Below are positions 1 through 10,188 of a DNA stretch of 64,000 bases, in pieces. Made by a program: the position numbers and the translations under genes. The stretch covers positions 64,001-128,000 of IMG/VR virus record IMGVR_UViG_3300029288_004944. One strand, 5' to 3'. This stretch comes from a virus (Duplodnaviria > Caudoviricetes). How positions within the stretch are numbered: the first letter of the stretch is position 1; each line of letters starts with the position of its first letter. The notes under the pieces are model-generated. The model did not search any database, had not been told where the DNA came from, and saw only the letters and a list, made by a program, of their open reading frames with translations.

Positions 1-1072
1 TGCCTTCCACTAATTTTAAAAATGGCTTATCAGCACACTCAATAGCAAGAGAACTTTTGTCTTTAAATACTTCATTCTTTTGCATTTGTTGAGTCAATTC
101 TAACTCTCTTTCTCTGCCCGGTGGACGAGTATGCCATATAAGATCTAATGATCCCCACCCAATATCATATTGTGGAAATTCGGCATGAAGCAAATTAAAC
201 TTTTCCTGCACAGAAATTGCCATAAGCATTACATCTCTAAATCTACCCATAAACTTCTCATCACTAAAAGACTTTGGATCGTGTGGCAATATAACCTGCA
301 CAGGACTACTATTTAATCCTACTCCACATAGACATTGTCTCCTAAACCATTCATTTACAGGAAAATCATCCCAAGCCATTGCATGGACAGCCCTATATTC
401 CTGAAAACCCACAAACCTCATATTCCACTTTTTCAAGAAATTATATGTACCCTCATGCAAAACTGCCTGTCTTGCTTGCGTATCCTCATAATCGCCCTCA
501 CCCAAATGAATATAATTAAAATCAATTATCTCAGCAATCCTATATCCACCCATCCGAACTCTTAATGCAAAATCACACTCAACTTGATGAACTAAATTTT
601 CATCCCAACCACCCACATTTTTATATGTCTCTTTTCTTAACGCCCAGCATCCGCCAAGTATCCATTGCACTTCTTTATATCCATCCCTTATTATATAATC
701 ACTTCTTCCTGACATGTGCGGCCCGATCATTCCAATTTCAGGATATTTATCAAAATATAATTCAAATATTCTATTCCATCCATGATTAATAATAACACAA
801 TCAGATTCCAAATGAATTATACAATCATATTGAGCAAGATCAAATGCCCTATTAAATGTTGCAGATACTCCCATATTTTTTTCATTCTTAAAGATCTTAA
901 TACGGGGATCTTTTAATCCATTCAAATATTCTCCTACACCAACATCGGGAGAACAATCATCCACAATTATAATCTCAAAAGGATCTACACTATTCTTTAA
1001 AACAGATTCAACACACTTTTTCAAATAATCCGGCCTGTTATATACTGCAATACAAATTGAACTGCCCAACAT
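1..1072 (-). CDS. GT2-family glycosyltransferase, partial (runs off the window; not in the ORF track)
   Basis: Manual translation from ATG at 1072 (TAATG overlap): MLGSSICIAVYNRPDYLKKCVESV...IIIVDDCS...HLESD...GGWDE...FLKKWN...WDDFPVN; open to the window edge. Confidence 0.9.
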   Translation of the reverse strand, partial: MLGSSICIAVYNRPDYLKKCVESVLKNSVDPFEIIIVDDCSPDVGVGEYLNGLKDPRIKIFKNEKNMGVSATFNRAFDLAQYDCIIHLESDCVIINHGWNRIFELYFDKYPEIGMIGPHMSGRSDYIIRDGYKEVQWILGGCWALRKETYKNVGGWDENLVHQVECDFALRVRMGGYRIAEIIDFNYIHLGEGDYEDTQARQAVLHEGTYNFLKKWNMRFVGFQEYRAVHAMAWDDFPVNEWFRRQCLCGVGLNSSPVQVILPHDPKSFSDEKFMGRFRDVMLMAISVQEKFNLLHAEFPQYDIGWGSLDLIWHTRPPGRERELELTQQMQKNEVFKDKSSLAIECADKPFLKLVEG

Positions 1073-1848
1073 TATGGCCTCCCATTCGTTCTTACTCTCT
1101 CTTTCGCATTATAGTACTCACGCAAACAATTACCACACCTACTACAAGAATATTGACCCTTATATCCACAAGCATACACATAAGGATTATCTTTGAATAT
1201 TGCCATTACCTCATCAATCTTTTCCTGCTTTGGGCACCAATAGCTATTTAATGTTCTTTTTTTCCACATATAACAATCTTTATATTGCTCAGGTATTGTT
1301 TCATTATAATAAGCCATAAATGTTAAAACTACCGGAGTAGGCCTTACACCATCATTTTGAGTATAATACTTTATAGCCGGTTTTACAATATTTTCTATAT
1401 TCCACATAGAAGTCCTAATTCTGACAAACATTAGATTCTCCCAAGAAAAAACTTTATGAAAATCTGTATCTGTCATTTTACCAGGATTTATCGTCAATAC
1501 AACAGGCCCTGGAAAATCAGAAAGATTGGCAGGAATTGCTGTATTAAAAAAATAATCTTTGTACTGCTTGGCTGTTTTTTCAACTAATTCTCTTTGATTA
1601 TTTGAATCATTGCCATCATTTACACGCACAATTCTCCCCTTAGCCATTTCTTTAGTTGGGATATGAGGCAAATTCTCATCTAATGGCTCCAAATATGAAC
1701 GCCCCGACTGAAAAAAGCAGTCATCACAATTATTTGGACATCTTCCTGTTTGTGGTATACACTCTATTATACCTGAACCTTTTACCTTAGGATTCCACTT
1801 CCATTCTTCACTAAATAATTCTACGCCATTATTTATATCTCCACCCAT
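1072..1848 (-). CDS. Atypical radical-SAM-like Fe-S protein
   Basis: CPNNCDDC (CxxxCxxC) near the N-terminus, C-terminal CSRCGNC. Confidence 0.55.
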   Translation of the reverse strand: MGGDINNGVELFSEEWKWNPKVKGSGIIECIPQTGRCPNNCDDCFFQSGRSYLEPLDENLPHIPTKEMAKGRIVRVNDGNDSNNQRELVEKTAKQYKDYFFNTAIPANLSDFPGPVVLTINPGKMTDTDFHKVFSWENLMFVRIRTSMWNIENIVKPAIKYYTQNDGVRPTPVVLTFMAYYNETIPEQYKDCYMWKKRTLNSYWCPKQEKIDEVMAIFKDNPYVYACGYKGQYSCSRCGNCLREYYNAKERVRTNGRP

Positions 1849-1861
1849 AATATACCTCCCC

Positions 1862-2083
1862 TTATTTTAAATTCAATTCATTTGCTTTAAATAATTTTTT
1901 CACTATTTCTTCGTTTGCCACAACTTCACTCATATCGGCTCGCCACCATATCTTTTCGCCACTTATAGTTTCTATTAAAATTTGTGGGTGATCACAATAC
2001 GCTATCATTCTTCCCACTTCATTTATTCCACCTACTCCCCACTTAATTGCAATTAATTTTCCAAAATCCTTTTCGTCTAACAT
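1862..2083 (-). CDS. Hypothetical protein
   Basis: 73-aa ORF with GGAG SD directly downstream of the promoter at 2112-2140. Confidence 0.6.
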   Translation of the reverse strand: MLDEKDFGKLIAIKWGVGGINEVGRMIAYCDHPQILIETISGEKIWWRADMSEVVANEEIVKKLFKANELNLK

Positions 2084-2111
2084 TTAACCACTCCTTTATT
2101 TCAACATATCC

Positions 2112-2140
2112 ATTATAGCACATAATATGTCATTTGTCAA
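2112..2140 (-). promoter_or_regulatory. Sigma70 promoter TTGACA-N17-TATAAT with extended -10 TG
   Basis: Minus strand TTGACAAATGACATATTATGTGCTATAAT; identical 29-mer at 38089-38117. Confidence 0.9.
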
Positions 2141-2156
2141 ATCTTTCCTATCTTTT

Positions 2157-3392
2157 CTATTTTGAATAAAAATCATTAAAGATTTTATCCCTATACATTA
2201 CAATCTCTTCTGCTGTTAAATGGCTTGTAGAAACCATTGCCCTATACTCTCCACTCCTACCTTTCATATAAGAATCATCATAAGATGTATCTCTTAATTT
2301 GATGTCATATTTATCCATATTTTCTCTTATAGTTGTCCCCGGATATGGGTAAAAAATATTGGCATCAAGACCATCCATACCTATACTCTTTGCCCTTTCA
2401 ATCCATTTCATTGTTTCAGCAATAGTCTCATGGCTTTCGCCCGGCAATCCTATTATAAAAAATGTCTTAATAATAAGCCCTGCATCTTTACACCTTTGAA
2501 TTATTTCCATATTCTTCTCAACGCTTGTCCTTTTGTTTACCATATCAAGCATTTTCTGAGATCCACTTTCACATCCAAATCCCACGTGAACACATCCTGT
2601 ATCTTTCATTATTTTAAGTTTTTCCAATGTTGTCGTGTCATCTCCACGAATCAAGCATCTGTAAATCATACCTTTCTTTAACAAATGCTCTCCTATACGT
2701 TTTACCCTGTCTTGATCCAAAGTAAACACATCATCCTGAAAAACAACTGCTCTATAACCCATATCATATAAAAGATCAATCTCTTTAATTACATTCTCCA
2801 CAGAATTTCTTCTTATCTTTCCTTTCCACATCGAACAAGAATTACAGAACGCACAATCCCACGCACATCCCCTACTTGACATAATAGATGTCGCAAGCCG
2901 ATCGCCCACATAATACTTATAACTCTTTAAATCAACAGCATTAAAATCCGGCATGGGCAAAGTTGCCATATCCTTTACATACATCCCCTCAATTATCCTA
3001 CTATATGGCTTTCGGCCCAATTCTATTTGACGAACAAGATACGACAGGGCATGCTCCCCTTCTCCCTTAACCACATAATCAAAATAATCTAAACACTCCT
3101 GCGGTCTAACCGTGGGGTGAACGCCACCGGCCACCAAAACAGACTTAGGATAGAGTTCTTTTAAACGTGTAGCGATTTTAATGGCGTAGGGGTATTGGGG
3201 GGTTGTTAAAGATAAACCATATATATCAGCCTGCTCATTAAATTCTTCATAATTATCTCCGGTCAAATGTCTCACAACCACATCATACCCGTCCTGCTTT
3301 AAAAATGCAGAAAGATACAATAACCCTAAAGGCGTATTAACTTTTTCATCCATTAAAAAAGGACTTGGTGTTTCTATTAAAATTATTTTCAT
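2157..3392 (-). CDS. Cobalamin-binding (class B) radical SAM protein, probable methyltransferase
   Basis: N-terminal PLGLLYL / GGVHPT / GEGE B12-binding domain, SRGCAWDCAFC motif, GCESGS, IIGLPGE. Confidence 0.9.
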   Translation of the reverse strand: MKIILIETPSPFLMDEKVNTPLGLLYLSAFLKQDGYDVVVRHLTGDNYEEFNEQADIYGLSLTTPQYPYAIKIATRLKELYPKSVLVAGGVHPTVRPQECLDYFDYVVKGEGEHALSYLVRQIELGRKPYSRIIEGMYVKDMATLPMPDFNAVDLKSYKYYVGDRLATSIMSSRGCAWDCAFCNSCSMWKGKIRRNSVENVIKEIDLLYDMGYRAVVFQDDVFTLDQDRVKRIGEHLLKKGMIYRCLIRGDDTTTLEKLKIMKDTGCVHVGFGCESGSQKMLDMVNKRTSVEKNMEIIQRCKDAGLIIKTFFIIGLPGESHETIAETMKWIERAKSIGMDGLDANIFYPYPGTTIRENMDKYDIKLRDTSYDDSYMKGRSGEYRAMVSTSHLTAEEIVMYRDKIFNDFYSK

Positions 3393-3667
3393 TCATTCCT
3401 CCATCTTGGTTTTTTTATTATATCACCATTTTCATTATAAAATTCTTGTTTAATCATTTTACCGCTTTCATACCATTTACGTATCAAAATATTGCCATTG
3501 GAATAAAAACCTTCAAAAGCAGGAAGATCATTATCTCTATGATATTGACCATATTTCCACCAAAAAAGACAACCAATGTTGCCATTAGGCCAATAACCAA
3601 TATATCTTGGTTTATCTGATTGATCATCAGGCCCAAGGCGTTTTATAATATCTTGTTTTATGTCCAT
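3389..3667 (-). CDS. MDIKQD-leader MORN-variant repeat protein (copy 1)
   Basis: Shared leader; YWPNG..HRDNDLPA..SNG..WY repeats. Confidence 0.8.
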   Translation of the reverse strand: MDIKQDIIKRLGPDDQSDKPRYIGYWPNGNIGCLFWWKYGQYHRDNDLPAFEGFYSNGNILIRKWYESGKMIKQEFYNENGDIIKKPRWRNE

Positions 3668-4344
3668 TTTAATTTACCACCTGCCATTATCAATTCTCTT
3701 GTTTTCACTACACCAACATTTGCGATCATATCTATTATAGATAGGCCGGGAATAAATTCTCCATACCTTTGAGTATATTTCGGTGTAGTATATTCTGAAA
3801 ACATAACCTTAATACCTGCTTTTTCAAATTTATCCATTTCTAAATATTTTCTACCACTTGGCCCAGATAGATAAGTATCTGCACCAACCTTTCTACAAAT
3901 AGAAATAAGTCTGTCAGTTCCGCTACTATCATTTTTACCACACGATTCAAAAACAGGCCTGAGTATCATCAACATATCCATTAATCTTCGTATCATCTCT
4001 TTTGTTGCAACTGATAATAATGTATTATTTTCAAAATTAGTATCTTTAAATAAATCCCATATTAATTTATTATCCTTCCCATAATAATCTTTAATAACAT
4101 TAAGATGCCTATACCACCAATAACAATTATCAATTTTTGTTTCTTCTATTGTTTGACCGAAATTACCAACAACAGGAATTGTTAACCATTTTGCCCCCTT
4201 ATCTGTTTTAATTTTTGTTCTATTATGATATCCCCCTTTTTTGAATTGAACGTTCTCTAAAATTACGAAAATATCCGATTGAGAAATTTTGTAGAAGAAA
4301 CCTGCATGGGGTAAATAGTCGGGTTGATGAATAGCAACAATCAT
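3658..4344 (-). CDS. WbqC-family protein
   Basis: AIHQPDYLP, NRTKIK, WLTIPV, YLSGPSGRKY, LSIID. Confidence 0.9.
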   Translation of the reverse strand: MIVAIHQPDYLPHAGFFYKISQSDIFVILENVQFKKGGYHNRTKIKTDKGAKWLTIPVVGNFGQTIEETKIDNCYWWYRHLNVIKDYYGKDNKLIWDLFKDTNFENNTLLSVATKEMIRRLMDMLMILRPVFESCGKNDSSGTDRLISICRKVGADTYLSGPSGRKYLEMDKFEKAGIKVMFSEYTTPKYTQRYGEFIPGLSIIDMIANVGVVKTRELIMAGGKLKWT

Positions 4345-6038
4345 TGTTTCCTCTTTTTATCCATTTTATAATCTTCTTCAATACTCCATTTTTTCTTGCC
4401 ACTCAATAACTCAGGATCCATATCTAAAAAATTATCTACCCCACCTAATACACGATTATCTCTTACTAAATCTACAACATCTTTCTCTCTATTAGTTCCA
4501 AGAGCAACAATGTTTCTAACTATCTCACAATTGTGATCTTGCACTGTAATCTTTTCAGTTTCTTTATTTAATTGTAATTGTGCAAATAATTGTTTACGGA
4601 ACATTTGATTCAATGGAAAATCATCCCAAAACATCATAAGAGGACTCTTGTAGTGAAAATACCCCAAATAAAATAAATTCCATTTTTTCAAAAATTCAAA
4701 AGCACCTCTATTAAAAGGCTCTTTTCTTTTATCCATTTGTTCTTCACTTAATGTCTTAATATGCTCATCATCCAAATGAGTCCAAGTCATACCTTTTAAT
4801 AATCCAACTCTATATCCACACAACCGAACTTTATAACAGTAATCTACCTCAAGATTTCCTGAAAACAATGCTTCATCCCATCCACCCAACTTATCAAAAA
4901 TTTCTCTTCTTGTCATCCAAATTCCGCCCATACAAAAGTCCACTTCATCAAAAATTCCCCTGTCAAGTCTTAAATGATGTCCTGGCTTATCCGGAGCCAA
5001 TATGCCAATTTCAGGATGTTCATCCATAACCTTAGCCATCTCATTAATCCAATCATTCTTATCAACCGTAATATCGCTTTCAATATGCACAAGGTACTTT
5101 CCATACGAACATTTAAAAGCCTTATTAAAATTCTGAGCAGGTCCGTGACAATCATTCTCATACCACACATTGATTCCATAATTCTTAGATTCAAAATCAC
5201 GAAGGACATTTTTTGTTGCTTCATCAGATGCATTATCCACAATGGTCATTCTATAATAATCAGAATTCCTATCTATAATGTCATTTAAAGTGGTTTTAAG
5301 GCTTTCTGGGCGGTTATAAGAAACAAGACAAACACTAACAGGGTATTTATCCCACTCTTTAACTTTAAGACCTTCCGGAGATATAATATGATTATAGTCT
5401 TTTGAGCCAGCCCCTGCCTTTAAAGGATCGGGATCTCTCTTTGTATAAAATTCATATTTATTTATTCTATCAATCTCATCCATATAACCAAAATGATGTA
5501 TTCTAACACAAGAATTTTTTAGTACATCACAACCAATAACCTCAGGAGAAACCGGGTTAGAATGGGCTATCACATCTCTTGGTCTCCATTCAAAATTATA
5601 TCTATAAGCCCTAACTGCATTAACCCTGCTATAATTACCATCAATCCTATAATGCTGCTCATCATTCCAATGATAAAAAAATGGAAAAGAATAAGCACGT
5701 GTTTCAGGCGTTGAACTCTCTATCAACTTTCTAATATCTTGTTCTTTACCCTCTTCAAACAATTCATCACCATCAAGCCATACAATAAAATCAGGATTAA
5801 ACTGTTTAACCTGATCATGCAAAAAATTCCAATCTCTCCCTCCATGGTAAGGTTTGTTTTGAAAAAATCTGAAATATTGTTTAAATTTATCTTTACTTGC
5901 ATCACACGCTTCGCCCGTTCCATCGGTTGATCCATCATCTAAAATCAATACACCATCCACGATCTTAGACATTTGATCCATTAATCTTGGCATATATTTA
6001 ACAACATTTTTTATTCGCATTAAACCAAAAATAATCAT
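4341..6038 (-). CDS. Two-domain GT2 glycosyltransferase fusion (likely start 6038)
   Basis: Domain 1 DDGSTDGT / WLDGDE / HFGY; domain 2 SYNRP / DNAS / HIESD / GGWDE; SD GAGG before the ATG at 6038. Confidence 0.85.
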   Translation of the reverse strand: MIIFGLMRIKNVVKYMPRLMDQMSKIVDGVLILDDGSTDGTGEACDASKDKFKQYFRFFQNKPYHGGRDWNFLHDQVKQFNPDFIVWLDGDELFEEGKEQDIRKLIESSTPETRAYSFPFFYHWNDEQHYRIDGNYSRVNAVRAYRYNFEWRPRDVIAHSNPVSPEVIGCDVLKNSCVRIHHFGYMDEIDRINKYEFYTKRDPDPLKAGAGSKDYNHIISPEGLKVKEWDKYPVSVCLVSYNRPESLKTTLNDIIDRNSDYYRMTIVDNASDEATKNVLRDFESKNYGINVWYENDCHGPAQNFNKAFKCSYGKYLVHIESDITVDKNDWINEMAKVMDEHPEIGILAPDKPGHHLRLDRGIFDEVDFCMGGIWMTRREIFDKLGGWDEALFSGNLEVDYCYKVRLCGYRVGLLKGMTWTHLDDEHIKTLSEEQMDKRKEPFNRGAFEFLKKWNLFYLGYFHYKSPLMMFWDDFPLNQMFRKQLFAQLQLNKETEKITVQDHNCEIVRNIVALGTNREKDVVDLVRDNRVLGGVDNFLDMDPELLSGKKKWSIEEDYKMDKKRKQ

Positions 6039-6919
6039 ATTATTCCTCTCCATTCTTTTTTTATATTCTCCCACATAGAAATATACCCTTCTAACCATTC
6101 AGCACATGGCCTATGAATATCGATCATATTTCTTTGTTCATCATTCATTAATCCTGAATCCCTAATCAATTTCCACTTACAAGCCATATATGCCCTACTC
6201 TTAATTGTTAAATATTCATCTTTCATCTTCGCTACAGCAGGATCTTCTTTTGTTCTTGTACCATTAACAGCATCCCACTCAACACTCCATGAAACAGGGT
6301 ACATAGATTTAGGCAGAGCATTAAACTCAGCATACAACTTTTGAATACCTGCCAATTTACAAACCAAATACATATCACTATCATAAGACTGATACACTAT
6401 ACCACCATCAAAATAATCTACATCAGATTCAATCCTGTTACGAATCTCTTTATTAAATTCAACACCATCATTCAATTTTGGAATAACAACATCTTTAAAT
6501 CTATGGTAAAAATCACAAATAGACTTTATATGCACATCTTTCTCAATAAACCATCCATATGGAATATTAAAACAATACTTTCCCCAATCTTCTTGTGGTC
6601 TAAACTCTCTTGCAAATTGCGTCCAGTCTTTTCTATTAGGACAAATATCCGAATCAAATACATACAACAAATTACTCTTAGATTGATTTATTCCGTAATT
6701 ATATGCCTCCGGAACTCCAAACCTACGTGGCAAATGTAATATCCTAATTCTTGGATCCTGCAATATTTTAAACCATTCTTGTGTCTGTGGCAACGCTTCA
6801 TTATCAAGAATAATCAACTCAAAATCCTCTGTAGTATTCTTAAATACCTGATCTACGCCATGCTTTAGCATATCCAAATCATTGTCGATCCACGAAAAAA
6901 GAGTAATAACACTAACCAT
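6035..6919 (-). CDS. GT2-family glycosyltransferase (divergent)
   Basis: FELIILDN, AYNYGI, FDSD motif. Confidence 0.7.
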   Translation of the reverse strand: MVSVITLFSWIDNDLDMLKHGVDQVFKNTTEDFELIILDNEALPQTQEWFKILQDPRIRILHLPRRFGVPEAYNYGINQSKSNLLYVFDSDICPNRKDWTQFAREFRPQEDWGKYCFNIPYGWFIEKDVHIKSICDFYHRFKDVVIPKLNDGVEFNKEIRNRIESDVDYFDGGIVYQSYDSDMYLVCKLAGIQKLYAEFNALPKSMYPVSWSVEWDAVNGTRTKEDPAVAKMKDEYLTIKSRAYMACKWKLIRDSGLMNDEQRNMIDIHRPCAEWLEGYISMWENIKKEWRGII

Positions 6920-7830
6920 TATTTATCTCCTTTAGGATAATACCATTGTGATAACCCACACTTCCAATCGTGGCAATCTTCACACATATCTCCTTTAAAA
7001 ATGCCTCGCACTTGCTCATCCCTACGTTTCTTTAATTTATTCCATGCCTGCTGTATTGTCATATTCTTTATATTACCAACAGGATAATTACCACCCCAAT
7101 CAGCATCGCACTGTATTATATTCCCATTTGAATGTATTGATATAGTTCTCATAATCCAAGGACATGGGAATCTTTTTACTTTGGCATTTCTTAACTCACT
7201 CATTTTAACACCATTCTTTCCCCATTCAAGAGCACGCCTTACCTTAACTGTTGCACCATGTTCTGTCCAATACTTTATAAAATATTTTTCTTCATGCTTA
7301 TTTTTTTCCGAAACAATAAATTGCAATACAATCTCCGGATTTTTCCATTCTTTATACTCTTTTAATAATATAGCACTCTTAATATTGTAGTCAACTTCAC
7401 TAAAATCTCCACCACACCTAATCTTATTATATGTATCTTCTGTAAAAGCATCCACACCAATAATAATCTTATCAAGACCTACGTTGTGCAACTTAGAAAA
7501 TACATCATAGGACAACAACATTCCGTTCGTATTCAACGATACATTCTTAATCCCTGATTTTTTTGCACTCTCAACCATTTTTATAATTTTATCTCTAAGC
7601 AATAATGGCTCTCCCATAAGAGCCGGCCACAATATTGTATTAGGATGTTCTGCCACCTCTAAAACAATCTTATTATATAATTTCATATCTAACATTTGCG
7701 GTTTTCTTTTTAAATCTTTCTGAGGACAAATTGAACAATGCAAATTACAAGAATTGGTTGGCTCAACTACAACCATAGCAGGAAAATCATAATCCATATT
7801 CCAAGTATCAGGATACTCTATTTTTTTCAT
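6919..7830 (-). CDS. Radical SAM protein with SPASM/twitch domain
   Basis: CNLHCSIC, GEPLL, NTNG, C-terminal CPW...QCD...CEDC. Confidence 0.9.
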   Translation of the reverse strand: MKKIEYPDTWNMDYDFPAMVVVEPTNSCNLHCSICPQKDLKRKPQMLDMKLYNKIVLEVAEHPNTILWPALMGEPLLLRDKIIKMVESAKKSGIKNVSLNTNGMLLSYDVFSKLHNVGLDKIIIGVDAFTEDTYNKIRCGGDFSEVDYNIKSAILLKEYKEWKNPEIVLQFIVSEKNKHEEKYFIKYWTEHGATVKVRRALEWGKNGVKMSELRNAKVKRFPCPWIMRTISIHSNGNIIQCDADWGGNYPVGNIKNMTIQQAWNKLKKRRDEQVRGIFKGDMCEDCHDWKCGLSQWYYPKGDK

Positions 7831-8768
7831 TTAACCCCCGTTTCCTTCAAAACTTTTGTATAATTATATCCCCACGAACGATACTTGCGATCCCTACAAT
7901 CTCTGCAAAAAGGAATATTATCCCACTTATTATTAATCATACTCTCTCTAATTTTAGTTAATTCTTTACCTACCCAAACATCATGCAAAGAAAGATCCTT
8001 TATATTGCCCATCACAACATTACTTGACATATCATAAAGACAAAACTTTATATTACCATTTACATCCACCTCTATTCTTTCAAAAGGATAGGGACAAACA
8101 TTTTCATTGTTTTCCATAATAGGCTCTTGATTATTTGAATCTCTTTCATTTAAGATGTCATACACCAGGTATTTACGTATTATCACATAATCCACACCAA
8201 AATCATACCAAAACTTTTCTATATCTTTAATCTTATCTTCCACCAATTTTTGGTTAATTACACTAACAATAACTCTTGTCTTTGAATTAATCTCTTTTCT
8301 TTTATTCAATACATATCGAATATTCTCTGTAAGATTCTTCCATTTAAGCCCAAGACGTATTTTTTTATACATTTCCTCATCCATTGCATCTACGCTAAAT
8401 TCTATTACATCAATATTATTTCCCAACAGCATATCTGCAACCTGAACACCAATACGAGATCCATTGGTTATAATCCCCACCCCGCAACCTTTTTGTTTCG
8501 CATAGCACACAAAAGCCGTGGCTGTAGGATGTAAGAAAGGTTCTCCACCACCGGTAATACGAATAAACGCTTTATGCTCAGCACACTCATCCACTGTTTT
8601 CTTAAAGAGATCGAACGTCATAAATCGTGTACCTGCCTTTGCATACTTATCCCTAAGCCCTGAATTCTGCTTTGCATAAGGACAATGAATACATTCGGCA
8701 TTACAGACATAACTTATGGGAATATGTACCATACTTGGAAAATCGGGGCTCTTAATTTCATAAATCAT
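7827..8768 (-). CDS. Radical SAM protein with SPASM/twitch domain
   Basis: CNAECIHC, GGGEPFL, ITNG, CPYPF...FC...CRDC. Confidence 0.9.
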   Translation of the reverse strand: MIYEIKSPDFPSMVHIPISYVCNAECIHCPYAKQNSGLRDKYAKAGTRFMTFDLFKKTVDECAEHKAFIRITGGGEPFLHPTATAFVCYAKQKGCGVGIITNGSRIGVQVADMLLGNNIDVIEFSVDAMDEEMYKKIRLGLKWKNLTENIRYVLNKRKEINSKTRVIVSVINQKLVEDKIKDIEKFWYDFGVDYVIIRKYLVYDILNERDSNNQEPIMENNENVCPYPFERIEVDVNGNIKFCLYDMSSNVVMGNIKDLSLHDVWVGKELTKIRESMINNKWDNIPFCRDCRDRKYRSWGYNYTKVLKETGVK

Positions 8769-9475
8769 TTTCTTGTACTCCTTATTATATTTAGACTCTC
8801 CGGACCGCAGTTAAACAACAAATCTATAATAGATAAGTGTGATATAAAATCACCGTGCAACTGTGGATAAACCGGATGTATGTAATCCTGAAAATCAACC
8901 CTTATACCATTCTTTTCAAATAAACCAACATCAAGATAATTTTTACTTGCAGATGTAGCCAAATATCTATCGGCTTTGTGATATTGACATATCTTTAAAA
9001 GACGAACATTGCGATCTACATCATCTATACTATGATTCAATACCATTTCATAAGATCTTGAAAATTGTTTTACTTTATCCATACCTAAAACAAGACATAT
9101 CCATATTATCTGGCCAACCACCAAATCTTGAAGCATTATCCATTCATAATCTGTATACCATTTTTTGAATTCTAAAATTATTCTATCATAAAACTTAGAT
9201 TTTGAATAATTCTGTTTAATGGCTCCCACATGTTTATTTTTCCATTGCTTATCGTCATCTATTTCCACATCTTTAATTAATTGTCCAAAATTGTTCTTAA
9301 TTGGAACTGTAAGCCACTGCCATCCATCCTTAGTCTTAATCTTGTTCCTATTCCTCCACCCATGCTTATCATATTGAACCGTATCTAAAAATACAAACGT
9401 ATCGCACTGATCTATATAATCAAAATATCCTATCCATGGCAAATAACTTGGCTGTAATATACCTATTGTCTTCAT
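8765..9475 (-). CDS. WbqC-family protein
   Basis: ILQPSYLPW, WRNRNKIK, WLTVPI, LSIIDLLFN. Confidence 0.9.
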   Translation of the reverse strand: MKTIGILQPSYLPWIGYFDYIDQCDTFVFLDTVQYDKHGWRNRNKIKTKDGWQWLTVPIKNNFGQLIKDVEIDDDKQWKNKHVGAIKQNYSKSKFYDRIILEFKKWYTDYEWIMLQDLVVGQIIWICLVLGMDKVKQFSRSYEMVLNHSIDDVDRNVRLLKICQYHKADRYLATSASKNYLDVGLFEKNGIRVDFQDYIHPVYPQLHGDFISHLSIIDLLFNCGPESLNIIRSTRK

Positions 9476-10188
9476 TCTTTTCTCCTATACAATAAACCTA
9501 TCTCTGTTTCATAGAAACCTGCGTCATTTATAATTTGATTAAAAACAACGGGATTGTTTATTATATCCGAATTTGATTGGACATGAATTGTATTTTTATT
9601 CACTCCTGTCCCACCAATATAAATATAATGATTACAATGACTTAATATACTTTTCAATGTTTCATCTGCTTTTGGAGTATGCTGTAATACTTGTTCACAA
9701 TAAATTATATCATAATTTTCTTTCAAAGGAGAATCTGTCAATACTAAAAATTTCATATCATATTTTAAAAACTTATAATAGGCTTGGATCATTTTAAATA
9801 ATGGAGTATTCAAATCAGCCAATGTAACCTTAAAACCTTTTTCATAAAAATTAATAGTTTTCCATCCTACACCACAACCATAATCAAGAAACGTCTCACA
9901 CTCTGAACCAACACACTTAATAACATCCCCATTAAAACAACCACAAGAATCAGATGTTCCCCTATATTCTTCTTGCTCTTTAAAAACTGTACCCTTACTA
10001 TAAATATCTGATGTCAAATAAAAATCTTCTATATTTTTTCCACCATAATCTTTCCATTTCTGCAGAGCATCATTGTATAAAGCGTTAAGACTTTTTGGTT
10101 TGTTCTTTTCCAAATCCCTCCAATACCGATATTCATCATTAGATATTTTCCAATATTCTCTTGCAAATTCATGTACTGTTTTATTCAC
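9472..10188 (-). CDS. Class I SAM-dependent methyltransferase
   Basis: FLDYGCGVG motif I, YDIIYCEQVLQH. Confidence 0.8.
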   Translation of the reverse strand: MNKTVHEFAREYWKISNDEYRYWRDLEKNKPKSLNALYNDALQKWKDYGGKNIEDFYLTSDIYSKGTVFKEQEEYRGTSDSCGCFNGDVIKCVGSECETFLDYGCGVGWKTINFYEKGFKVTLADLNTPLFKMIQAYYKFLKYDMKFLVLTDSPLKENYDIIYCEQVLQHTPKADETLKSILSHCNHYIYIGGTGVNKNTIHVQSNSDIINNPVVFNQIINDAGFYETEIGLLYRRKE

